This document shows positions 1-7,714 of a stretch of 16,866 nucleotides of DNA, piece after piece. Origin of the DNA: Archangium sp. (GTDB taxonomy: Bacteria > Myxococcota > Myxococcia > Myxococcales > Myxococcaceae); assembly GCA_031367385.1 (NCBI GenBank), contig JANLPS010000469.1, positions 1 to 16,866 of the forward strand. The letters are read 5' to 3'. A model generated the notes under the pieces. That model was not told the origin of the DNA and searched no databases. It saw only the letters and a list, made by a program, of their open reading frames with translations. Every line of letters starts with the position of its first letter. The first letter of the stretch is position 1. A program made the translations under genes and the position numbers.

Positions 1-1
1 G

Positions 2-94
2 CTCGGGTTTCTGAACATTCAGTTGGGATACGGCGGCACCAAGTACGGCACCGACTTCGGCTTCAAAGTTGTCGGGACACTGGTGAAGCCATGA
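2..94 (+). CDS. 3' end of an upstream gene of unknown function (partial, cut by window start)
   Basis: Frame open from base 2 (LGFLNIQLGYGGTKYGTDFGFKVVGTLVKP*) with mostly G/C third positions; its TGA (92-94) overlaps the next ATG (91-93) as ATGA, typical of translational coupling. Too short to assign a family. Confidence 0.7.
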   Translation, partial: LGFLNIQLGYGGTKYGTDFGFKVVGTLVKP

Positions 95-1203
95 GTACGA
101 CCATCACTGCCGCCGTAGCCCGTACGCTCAAGGGCCCGCTCACCATCGAAAAACTGCAGCTCGATGAGCTCCGGCCCAACGAAGCCCGCGTGCGCTTGGT
201 CGCCGTGGGCGTCTGCCACACTGACTCGCTCGTGCGTGATGGCGTCTACCCGCTGGCCCTCCCCGCCGTACTGGGACACGAAGGCGCCGGGGTCGTTGAG
301 GCCGTGGGCTCTTCGGTAACGACCGTAACGGCTGGCGATCACGTCATCATGTCAGCGGCCTACTGTACCCACTGCATTCAATGTCGCTCGGGGCACGTGG
401 CGTACTGTGAGAACCTCTTCGCCGAGGACTTCGGAGGAAAGCGTACCAGCGACGGTACGACGTCTCTCAGGACCCTCAGCGGCGAGCCGGTCTCTTCGCA
501 CTTCTTCGGTCAGTCTTCGTTCGCAACGCATGCGAACGTGGTTGAGAGTGCTCTCATTCGCGTCGCTGCTGATGTGCCTTTGGAAACACTCGCGTTTCTG
601 GGGTGCGGCATTCAGACCGGTGCAGGCTCGATTCTGAATGAATTGCGCCCGCCGGCCGGCTCGTCAGTCGCCATTTCGGGTGCAGGTGCCGTCGGGCTCG
701 CCGCCATCATGGCTGCGCGAGTTGCTGGGGCGACGACGATCATCGCCATCGACGTACATGACTCGCGGCTTGAGCTGGCCATGCAAGTTGGTGCCACACA
801 CACCATCAACGCGAAGTCTGCCGATACCGTGACAGAACTGGCGCGAATCACAGGAGACAGAGGAGTCAATTTCATCCTCGACACCACTGCTGTGCCACAA
901 GTGCTGGTGAATCTCGCAAAGTCGCTCAGCATTCGCGGCACGCTGGCTCTGGTGGGTGCAGCTCGGCCCGGTACTGAAGCGCCTTTTGAGATTGGCGCAT
1001 CGCTTGTCAAAGGATGGACGTTTAAGACAATCGTTCAGGGGAGCTCAGTGCCTCAGGACTTCATTCCGAGACTTGTCGCGCTCTGGCAACAGGGTCGTTT
1101 TCCCGTCGAGAAACTGACGAAGACGTATCGATTGGGAGACATCAACGCTGCATTCGCTGACTCGGCATCAGGAGTGACGGTCAAGCCAGTCATCGTTTTC
1201 TAG
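91..1203 (+). CDS. Zn-dependent NAD-linked medium-chain alcohol dehydrogenase, aryl/benzyl-alcohol dehydrogenase-like
   Basis: Catalytic Zn ligands in CHTD, GHEGAG and LGCGIQTGAG; structural Zn cluster CTHCIQC-x7-C; Rossmann GAGAVG followed by Asp (IDVHDSR), indicating NAD preference; HFFGQSSFATH and C-terminal VKPV resemble the XylB/benzyl-alcohol dehydrogenase group. Substrate cannot be read from sequence. Confidence 0.9.
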   Translation: MSTTITAAVARTLKGPLTIEKLQLDELRPNEARVRLVAVGVCHTDSLVRDGVYPLALPAVLGHEGAGVVEAVGSSVTTVTAGDHVIMSAAYCTHCIQCRSGHVAYCENLFAEDFGGKRTSDGTTSLRTLSGEPVSSHFFGQSSFATHANVVESALIRVAADVPLETLAFLGCGIQTGAGSILNELRPPAGSSVAISGAGAVGLAAIMAARVAGATTIIAIDVHDSRLELAMQVGATHTINAKSADTVTELARITGDRGVNFILDTTAVPQVLVNLAKSLSIRGTLALVGAARPGTEAPFEIGASLVKGWTFKTIVQGSSVPQDFIPRLVALWQQGRFPVEKLTKTYRLGDINAAFADSASGVTVKPVIVF

Positions 1204-1263
1204 CTGACGCTGCGGCGGGAATCTGGGCTCGGCCCTGGCCGAAAAGGAACTTCAATGAATGAA

Positions 1264-3810
1264 TCACGCGATGGCGCCGTTCTGGTCGGAAGCCTTCGCA
1301 AGGGTGCGTCGCCGCCGGCACAGCCCGACCAGCGCGATGACCGCCACGAGGCCGCTCGAGCTCTCGCAACTGCATCCGACCGCGTAGTCGCTGGGTGTGC
1401 TGCCAATGTGACCTGCGTCTGGGTTGGGGGTCGTCACACCGCCATCGGCGACCGCCTGCCCCGCGTCGGTCTCACCCGCACCGGAGTCACCGACGCCCCC
1501 CGCGTCACTGGCCGCCCCCGCGTCACTGAGGCCGCCGCCTGCGTCGGCTACTCCCGCGTCTGAGAACCCTCCATCAGGCGTGCCAGAATCTGCAGGCGTA
1601 CAGGCGCCGACTTGAACGCAACACACCTGCTTCTCGCACACTCGCGAGCCGCACTCCGAGTTTCGGGTGCAGGTCGCGCCGAGGCTGAGGTCATCGCCGA
1701 GCGCCGCGAGCATAGCCCGCTGCACGGACGGGCCCCAGCCGCTCACGGCGCGAGTATACGCGAACAACATTTGGGAATTGCTGATCGGCGGCCCGGCGGC
1801 GACGCTTAGAACATCAGTCGGTGCTTCAATCACGGTGCTGGCTGAGATGCCGCCGTCTTCTCCAATGCTCCACACCCAGAGGTTCGACCCGGCATCGGTC
1901 GCGGTCACGCCAAGCACGTGGAAGACGCCAGCGAGGTAGCCGATGTCTTGCAGGCTGGTGGCGCCCGGTACCTCTTTCATGGTGATGGTCAGCGCGGGTT
2001 GGTCGAGAACGCCGCCGTCGAACCGCAGTCGTGCGGCCCGAATGATTCGGGTGCCGACGACAGGGGCCTCCTCCCAGGCGACCAGCAGCATCGCGGGTGA
2101 TTTCGCCAGGCGGCCGAACCTCCCGTAGCTCGCAGATGGAAACGAGGAGAGCTCGGTCACAGCATTCCCCTCGACGGCCAGCACTCGCTCTGCGGCGAGG
2201 TCGTTGCTGAGAAGAAAGGCACCCGCGCCGTTGCTGATGACGTCGAATACGGTGTTGTACATCGCACTGACCGAGACCCGCGCACCGCTCAGATTGCCCT
2301 GGGTGTCGAGGTACTGCGCGAACGACCCGCTCGACAAACCGGAGTACGCCATCACGTACCCCGGTGTGGTGAGTGAGCAGATGAGTGGGGGGCTCATGAT
2401 GCCGTCGGTGATGTTGGCGCGCTTGGTCGGGGCACCTGCAACGTGAGGCCACTCCAGGAGATCGATCGAAAACGCCTGATACGCGGGGAGCACGAAGGCC
2501 TGGCCATCATCGGCGATGAACCGCTGCAGGTAATTGGAGTTGGTGAAGCTCGAATTCAGGGTCTGCAGGGCGGTCGGGGCTTCGAGCGCCCCGCCGTCGG
2601 GCCCGAGTCGCACGGCCTCGAGTAAATACTCACGAAGCAGCTGGCGATCGTCATTCCACGCGAGGGCCAGAGGGGTCGAGACCTCGCGCGATGAAAAGGC
2701 CGGCGAGAGCTGCGACGAGGGGCGGGTGAACACCGCGAGGGGTGAGCCGGTCGAGACCAGCCCGCTGCCATCGAGTGGCAGGAGCATCGAGCCCACGTGA
2801 TTGCCTCTGCCGACCTCTGTGAATCGACGGGTGTAGAGAAGCAACGGCGCGCCTCCTGAACCCAGCGCGCCCGGTTGCACGGTTCCGCCGTCGCCGGGCA
2901 ACACGAGACTGCTCATGAAGCCCCCATCAGCCTCGAGCTTGACCATGCGCACGCCGGTTGTCTGAAAGCCTGGTCCGAGCTCGCCACACGCGGTGAGCAC
3001 CGAGTCTCCGAGAGCGGCCGATGAGGAGCCGGCGCACAGCACGGGCGTGCTCACCCGAGCGGTGAGCGCGCCGAGCATGGTGAAGAAGGCGAACTCGAAG
3101 GCAACGCCGGTGCGCATCAGCGCCACGTAGTTGTCGGTCGCGACGACCTGAGGGAAATAGCCGTCGAGAAAGCTCGCCGAAGCAGGCGCTCCATCGATGC
3201 CGACACGAACCAGTGCCGTCTGGGTGCCACCATCTGACAGCGGGCTCGTAAAGACCACCCAATGCGCTGTGCTGTTGCTCGCCACCTCGGAGAGATCTCC
3301 GTACGAGGTCAAGTCATGGTCGATGCCGGCGGTGGTCGCGTCGTCGTTGAGCTGCTGCGAAAAAGTGCGAAGACCGCCGTCGACGTATTCGCGATGAAGG
3401 GCGACCAGGTGCCCGGGCTGGCCAGCGACATAGGTGCGGCTCGTGTAGGAGTTGCCGAGTGGTTGGGCGGGCCCGAAGACCCTGGTCGCCGGGTCGTAGG
3501 TCATCGCGAACCCCGTCGACGTGAAATTGCGAATGTAGCTGACGATGACTCCGGTGGCTGACCGGGTCAGCAGCAGAGGGCTGTCTTGGGCGACACCGTC
3601 GGGCAGGTCGAGCGCTGGGTCGAGGCCGCCATCTCCCGAATAAAATCGCAAGACGGCCCGGCTGCGATCGACCACTCCGATGAGCTGGCCATTCGAGATG
3701 CTCAGGGCCGTGGGTTGCGCTCCGGTGGGCCAGGCGATCGGCGCATCGACCGGGCGCTCATCGCTGACAACCGGCCCAAGTAAGAGCAGAAGCCAGATGC
3801 CCGAAGTCAC
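1264..3810 (-). CDS. Large secreted beta-rich surface protein with Cys-rich module, DAG linker and MYXO-CTERM sorting tail
   Basis: 864-aa ORF; start placed at GTG 3810 (MTSGIWLLLLLG, short hydrophobic leader), ATG 3858 also possible. C-terminus GCSC-ESSS-GLVAVIALVGLC-RRRR fits MYXO-CTERM (Cys motif, hydrophobic helix, Arg cluster), preceded by GATCTRNSECGSRVCEKQVCC and an acidic DAG/DGG linker. Confidence 0.8.
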   Translation of the reverse strand: MTSGIWLLLLLGPVVSDERPVDAPIAWPTGAQPTALSISNGQLIGVVDRSRAVLRFYSGDGGLDPALDLPDGVAQDSPLLLTRSATGVIVSYIRNFTSTGFAMTYDPATRVFGPAQPLGNSYTSRTYVAGQPGHLVALHREYVDGGLRTFSQQLNDDATTAGIDHDLTSYGDLSEVASNSTAHWVVFTSPLSDGGTQTALVRVGIDGAPASASFLDGYFPQVVATDNYVALMRTGVAFEFAFFTMLGALTARVSTPVLCAGSSSAALGDSVLTACGELGPGFQTTGVRMVKLEADGGFMSSLVLPGDGGTVQPGALGSGGAPLLLYTRRFTEVGRGNHVGSMLLPLDGSGLVSTGSPLAVFTRPSSQLSPAFSSREVSTPLALAWNDDRQLLREYLLEAVRLGPDGGALEAPTALQTLNSSFTNSNYLQRFIADDGQAFVLPAYQAFSIDLLEWPHVAGAPTKRANITDGIMSPPLICSLTTPGYVMAYSGLSSGSFAQYLDTQGNLSGARVSVSAMYNTVFDVISNGAGAFLLSNDLAAERVLAVEGNAVTELSSFPSASYGRFGRLAKSPAMLLVAWEEAPVVGTRIIRAARLRFDGGVLDQPALTITMKEVPGATSLQDIGYLAGVFHVLGVTATDAGSNLWVWSIGEDGGISASTVIEAPTDVLSVAAGPPISNSQMLFAYTRAVSGWGPSVQRAMLAALGDDLSLGATCTRNSECGSRVCEKQVCCVQVGACTPADSGTPDGGFSDAGVADAGGGLSDAGAASDAGGVGDSGAGETDAGQAVADGGVTTPNPDAGHIGSTPSDYAVGCSCESSSGLVAVIALVGLCRRRRTLAKASDQNGAIA
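1411..1598 (-). repeat. Coding low-complexity D-[AGS]-G tandem linker
   Basis: ADSG, PDGG, SDAG, ADAG, SDAG, SDAG, GDSG, TDAG, ADGG, PDAG at 5-7 aa spacing; ccccgcgtcactg occurs twice on the + strand. Boundaries approximate. Confidence 0.85.
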
Positions 3811-3978
3811 CAGACCACGATGTGCCGATGCCACAGAAATGTCTACGACGAGGAGCATCGTGTTGGGCGACCGCGGCGAGGGCCTTCGTCGAGCTCCGCG
3901 ACATCTTCAAAGCGGAGGTTCGAGCGCTCGAGCACGCGGCTGCCCGCGAGCGCAACCGACACGCAAAGCCATCGCCGT

Positions 3979-3993
3979 GCGCAACTTTTGCGC
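3979..3993. promoter_or_regulatory. Palindromic GCGCA-N5-TGCGC site, candidate enhancer-binding-protein (NmpR-like) activator sequence
   Basis: GCGCAActtTTGCGC is a perfect 6-3-6 inverted repeat in the intergenic region; a weaker copy GCGCA-accga-CACGC lies at 3950-3964. Matches the consensus I recall for M. xanthus NmpR (to be verified). Confidence 0.6.
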
Positions 3994-4089
3994 CGAGCGG
4001 CCTGCGCACGGAGGGGTCGAATGAAATGCGAGGTGACACGAGTCGCCCTGGTCTCGTAACCACTCGCCCTTTTGGAGTCGCAGCGTTCT

Positions 4090-4105
4090 GGGCACGGCGC
4101 ATGTA
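4090..4105 (+). promoter_or_regulatory. Sigma54-like -24/-12 promoter for the USP-SulP operon
   Basis: gGGCACG-gcgc-ATGTA versus consensus TGGCACG-N4-TTGCW: strong -24 box (GG 4091-4092), deviant -12 (GT at 4103-4104 instead of GC), correct N10 spacing. Confidence 0.5.
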
Positions 4106-4117
4106 GCCGGTGACGCG

Positions 4118-5410
4118 ATGTCACCAATCGTCTGTGGAACTGATTATTCGCAATGGTCCGAAGCCGCGGTGTCTGCGGCTGCCGCCCTCGCCTCTCGACT
4201 GGGTGAGGAGTTGTGGCTCGTTCATGCCATCGGGCTCGACGAAGGGGTTGACGATGCGCTTCGTCAGGCGGCCTTCGTCAAAGCCGAGCTTCGCCTCAAG
4301 CAACTGGCAACCCAACTCCCCAGCGTACGCGCGGTGCGAACGCAGGTGATGTGGGGCGCTCCTGCGGCTGAGCTTCTCAATGTTGCCACAAGCCAGGGGG
4401 CGTCATTGCTGGTGGTGGGGTCGAAGGGCTCGGCGAGTACCCCGCTGATGCGGGTGGGCGCCACCGCAGAGCGGGTCGCGGGAGCAGCCGAGGTGCCGGT
4501 GCTGGTGATTCGGCACCAGGGGGCCTTCGAGCAATGGGCGCGCGGCGAGGCAATGCGGGTGCTCATTGGTATCGACGAAACGCTCGTAAGCGGTTCGGCC
4601 GTTCGGTGGGTCGAGAAGCTGCGCGAGCTCGCCCCGCTCGATGTGGTCTTAGGGCACGTGTACTACCCCGATCTGGTCTACGCGGAGTACGGGTTGCCAC
4701 CACCGATTCCGATGTTCACGGGTGATCGCCGGGCGGAGGCATTTGTGGAGCGAGATCTCCAGCAGCGACTCCCCTCCCTGCGGGGCGGGGGCACCGTTTC
4801 GTATCGTGCCCGTCTCGGAGTCGGTCGGACGGGCGATCACCTCGTCGAGCTCGCCGAAGCCGAGCGTTGCCAGCTCATTGTGGTTGGGTCTCACGCGCAC
4901 AAGGGCTTGGGTCGAATGTGGAGCGTCTCGGCGGCTGCGCTTCATCTGTCTGGCGTTGCCGTCGCGGTCGTACCGCCAGACGGTGCTTCGGGTCGCGCGG
5001 TTCGAAACCCCGGGCTCAAACGCGTGCTCGTGGCCACCGACTTTACGGAGTGCGGTAACGCGGCGATACCCTGGGCGTATTCGTTGGTTGCGCCCGGAGG
5101 TGAAGTGACTCTGGCGCACGTCATCGTCGGCGAGTCTGTCGCGACCGGCGCCGCTGACCTCGACCTGTCGGCCAAGCTCAGAGCCCTGCCTGGCGTAGGA
5201 GCAGGCAAGGCAGTCACGCGCACCGAAGTGTTGCGCGGGCTCAACGCAGCCAGCGCCATCAATCAAGCCGCCGCGCGGGTTGGCGCCGATTGCATCGTGG
5301 TCAGCTCGCACGGCCGCGGCGGGTTCAAGCGGGCTGCCCTGGGCTCCGTGGCTGAAGAGATTCTCCGCGCCAGCCATCGACCCGTGTTCGTGGTTCGTGC
5401 GACACCGTAG
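4118..5410 (+). CDS. Universal stress protein with three tandem USP domains
   Basis: Three USP units starting IVCGTDYS, VLIGIDET and VLVATDFT, and ending LLVVGSKG...GATAERV...PVLVIR, LIVVGSH...AVAVVP and CIVVSSHGRGG...LGSVAEEILR...PVFVVR. Confidence 0.92.
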   Translation: MSPIVCGTDYSQWSEAAVSAAAALASRLGEELWLVHAIGLDEGVDDALRQAAFVKAELRLKQLATQLPSVRAVRTQVMWGAPAAELLNVATSQGASLLVVGSKGSASTPLMRVGATAERVAGAAEVPVLVIRHQGAFEQWARGEAMRVLIGIDETLVSGSAVRWVEKLRELAPLDVVLGHVYYPDLVYAEYGLPPPIPMFTGDRRAEAFVERDLQQRLPSLRGGGTVSYRARLGVGRTGDHLVELAEAERCQLIVVGSHAHKGLGRMWSVSAAALHLSGVAVAVVPPDGASGRAVRNPGLKRVLVATDFTECGNAAIPWAYSLVAPGGEVTLAHVIVGESVATGAADLDLSAKLRALPGVGAGKAVTRTEVLRGLNAASAINQAAARVGADCIVVSSHGRGGFKRAALGSVAEEILRASHRPVFVVRATP

Positions 5411-5418
5411 CGCCTGGC

Positions 5419-7167
5419 GTGAGGAATTCACTTTCACCCGCTGCGAAGGCTGCCCCCGCGCTGGCTCCAACGCCGCGCAGCGGGCTGTTCAGTTGGCTGC
5501 CCGGCCTCTGGGTGTTGCGTCACTACCAGCGTGCCTGGTTGGCCACCGACCTGCTCTCGGGGCTGGTGCTCACCTCGATGCTGGTGCCGGCCGGCATGGC
5601 GTACGCCGAGGCCTCGGGGCTGCCGGCGGTCACCGGTCTGTACGCGACCATCGTGCCGCTGCTCGTGTACGCCGTCTTTGGGCCCTCTCGCATCATCGTG
5701 CTGGGGCCTGACTCCGGGCTGGTGGCGCTGGTGGCGGTGGTCACGCTCACGCAGGGGGCCCCTGAGCGCGCCCTGGCGATGGCCTCAACGCTGGCGATCA
5801 TGACGGGGTTGTTGTGTCTGGGGGCGGGGCTCTTCAGAGCAGGCTTTCTCGCCGATTTGCTCTCGAAACCGGTACGGGTCGGCTACCTGAATGGCATCGC
5901 TCTGACGGTGCTCGTCACCCAAGCCCCCAAGCTCTTCGGCGTGTCGGTGCGGGCTGACGGCGTACTGCAAGGCAGTTTGGCATTCGTGCAAGCGGTGTCG
6001 GCGGGCCAGACGCGCTGGCCAGCGCTGGCCATTGGCGCGGCCTGTTTGGCGACCATCTTCGGGCTGCGAGCGGTGGCCCCGAAGGTGCCTGGCATCTTCA
6101 TCGCCGTGGTGGTGGCCACGCTGGCGGTCAAGTGGCTCGCGCTCTCCGAGCAGCTGAGCATCGTGGGGTCGGTGCCGCCGGGGTTCCCCTCGCCCAGGTG
6201 GCCGGGGGTAGCGCTCTCGGAGTGGGGGCACCTGCTGCTGGCCGCGGCGGGCATCGCGCTGGTTTCATTTGCCGACACGAGCGTGCTCTCGCGCACCGGG
6301 GCTGCGCGGGGTGGCTACCGGGTCAACGCCAACCAGGAGCTGGTGGGCCTGGGGCTGGCGAATTTGGCAGCGGGGTTGTTTCAGGGGTTTCCCATTTCGA
6401 GCAGCTCGTCTCGCACGGTGGTGGCTGAAGTCGCTGGCGCTCGCACTCAGTTGGCTGGCGTGGTGGGGGCTCTGAGCATCACGGTGCTGTTGGTAGCGGC
6501 TCCCTCACTGCTTCGAGACCTGCCGATTGCCGCCCTCGCGGCGGTGGTCATCGCCGCTGCCGTGAACCTGATCGACGTTCATTCGGTGGCGGTCTTTCGA
6601 AGGGTCAGGCGCTCTGACTTCGTGTTGAGCGTGGTGGCCTTTCTTGGAGTGACAGTGCTGGGGGTCTTGCCCGGCATCGCGTTGGCGGTCGTGGTCTCGT
6701 TGCTCGACTTCGTGCGCCGTGCGTGGCACCCGCACGATGCGATCTTGGGTCGCGCGCCGGGAGTGCAGGGCTACCATGACCTGGCGCGGTACCCGTCGGC
6801 TCGCCAGGTGCCCGGGTTGATCATCTTTCGGTGGGACGCGCCGCTGTTCTTTGCCAACGCCGACACGTTTCGGCAACGGGTGCTCGAGGTCATCGAGGCA
6901 AACACGGCGGTGCGCTGGGTGGTCGTCGCTGCCGAGCCCATCACCGACGTCGACACCACGGCTGCACAGATGCTCGAGGAGCTCGATCAAGACCTCGCTG
7001 CGCGGGGCACTGAGCTTGCCTTCGCGGAGCTCAAAGACCCGGTCAAAGATCGCCTGCAGCGCTACGGGCTCCAGGCGCGCATCGGGCGCGGCTTCTTTTT
7101 TCCGACCGTTGAGGTTGCGGTACAGGCCTACCTCGAGCAACACCCTGTACGCGCAGGGCCGCTCTGA
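5419..7167 (+). CDS. SulP/SLC26 family anion transporter with C-terminal STAS domain
   Basis: Signature PxGMAYA...GLP...GLY...LLVYAVFGPSR; NQELVGLGLAN; SSSRT; many hydrophobic segments; STAS motifs FRWDAPLFFANA and DVDTTA. GTG start 8 nt after the USP stop (operon); exact start uncertain. Confidence 0.93.
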   Translation: MRNSLSPAAKAAPALAPTPRSGLFSWLPGLWVLRHYQRAWLATDLLSGLVLTSMLVPAGMAYAEASGLPAVTGLYATIVPLLVYAVFGPSRIIVLGPDSGLVALVAVVTLTQGAPERALAMASTLAIMTGLLCLGAGLFRAGFLADLLSKPVRVGYLNGIALTVLVTQAPKLFGVSVRADGVLQGSLAFVQAVSAGQTRWPALAIGAACLATIFGLRAVAPKVPGIFIAVVVATLAVKWLALSEQLSIVGSVPPGFPSPRWPGVALSEWGHLLLAAAGIALVSFADTSVLSRTGAARGGYRVNANQELVGLGLANLAAGLFQGFPISSSSSRTVVAEVAGARTQLAGVVGALSITVLLVAAPSLLRDLPIAALAAVVIAAAVNLIDVHSVAVFRRVRRSDFVLSVVAFLGVTVLGVLPGIALAVVVSLLDFVRRAWHPHDAILGRAPGVQGYHDLARYPSARQVPGLIIFRWDAPLFFANADTFRQRVLEVIEANTAVRWVVVAAEPITDVDTTAAQMLEELDQDLAARGTELAFAELKDPVKDRLQRYGLQARIGRGFFFPTVEVAVQAYLEQHPVRAGPL

Positions 7168-7178
7168 AGCACCTGGCG

Positions 7179-7206
7179 CCGCAGTCTTTGCGCGCAACGA
7201 ATGCGT
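7179..7206. promoter_or_regulatory. Two overlapping one-mismatch GCGCA-N5-TGCGC sites upstream of the dksA-like gene
   Basis: CCGCA-gtctt-TGCGC (7179-7193) and GCGCA-acgaa-TGCGT (7192-7206), same motif as at 3979. Confidence 0.55.
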
Positions 7207-7304
7207 TTCGGCTTGAACGTTTTCTCAACGCCTTTCACGCCTGACCCGAGCTTCTCGACGAACCCGGCGCTCTCGTGACCCATCGTCGATACCTTTCAGA
7301 TTCA

Positions 7305-7320
7305 CGGTCTCTGACTTGCA
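7305..7320 (+). promoter_or_regulatory. Sigma54-like -24/-12 promoter for the dksA/traR-like gene
   Basis: cGGTCTC-tgac-TTGCA: GG (7306-7307)-N10-GC (7318-7319) with a consensus TTGCA -12 box. Confidence 0.55.
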
Positions 7321-7334
7321 GCGTTCTTTTCAGC

Positions 7335-7661
7335 ATGAGCCACCACGACTTCGACACCGCAAAGAACATGCTCATCAAAAGACGCGCGACGCTGGCGAGA
7401 GTTCAAGCGTCGAATGAGGCGGGCATCTTGGGTTTGCGCGGCGAAAATCGGGTCGGAGACCTCGCCGAGAACACAGACCTGTCAACGGCTCTTGCCCTGC
7501 TGTCTGACCGGGAGCGGCTCGAGCTGGAGCAGATCGACGCGGCCTTGCTCAGGATTGAACAGCGAACCTTTGGTCTGTGTGAGAGGTGCGGAGCCCGCAT
7601 CGCCGAGGAGCGGCTGATTGCGATGCCCGAGGCGCGCACTTGCCTCGCGCACGCCCTGTGA
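7335..7661 (+). CDS. DksA/TraR family zinc-finger protein
   Basis: Coiled-coil-like N-terminus then LEQIDAALLRIEQRTFGLCERCGARIAEERLIAMPEARTC, the DksA/TraR signature. ATG 7335 preferred over GTG 7275 because the extra 20 codons overlap the candidate promoter and look non-coding. Confidence 0.9.
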   Translation: MSHHDFDTAKNMLIKRRATLARVQASNEAGILGLRGENRVGDLAENTDLSTALALLSDRERLELEQIDAALLRIEQRTFGLCERCGARIAEERLIAMPEARTCLAHAL

Positions 7662-7714
7662 ACACGGAGAGAATGAGCGCGAGGAGCTCTTTACGGTCGA
7701 CGAGAGACCCTTCG

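Noticed and set aside
1229..1245. Hairpin tcggc-cctg-gccga followed by A's between the convergent ADH and MYXO-CTERM genes
   Set aside because: Only a 5-bp stem, and no U tract follows it on either strand, so it is not supportable as an intrinsic terminator.
3758..4127. Several short ORFs in the divergent intergenic region
   Set aside because: Arg/Ala/Pro-rich, mutually overlapping and without clear RBS or motifs; the region is better explained as promoter DNA.
4649..5470. 273-aa minus-strand ORF (likewise 6505-7197 and 15495-16265)
   Set aside because: Antisense to well-supported USP, SulP or RHS genes, with no recognisable motifs.
7213..7228. TTGA-N8-TCAA resembling an FNR box, overlapping a weak IHF-like string
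   Set aside because: FNR requires TTGAT-N4-ATCAA; spacing and inner bases are wrong, and the IHF match has two mismatches.
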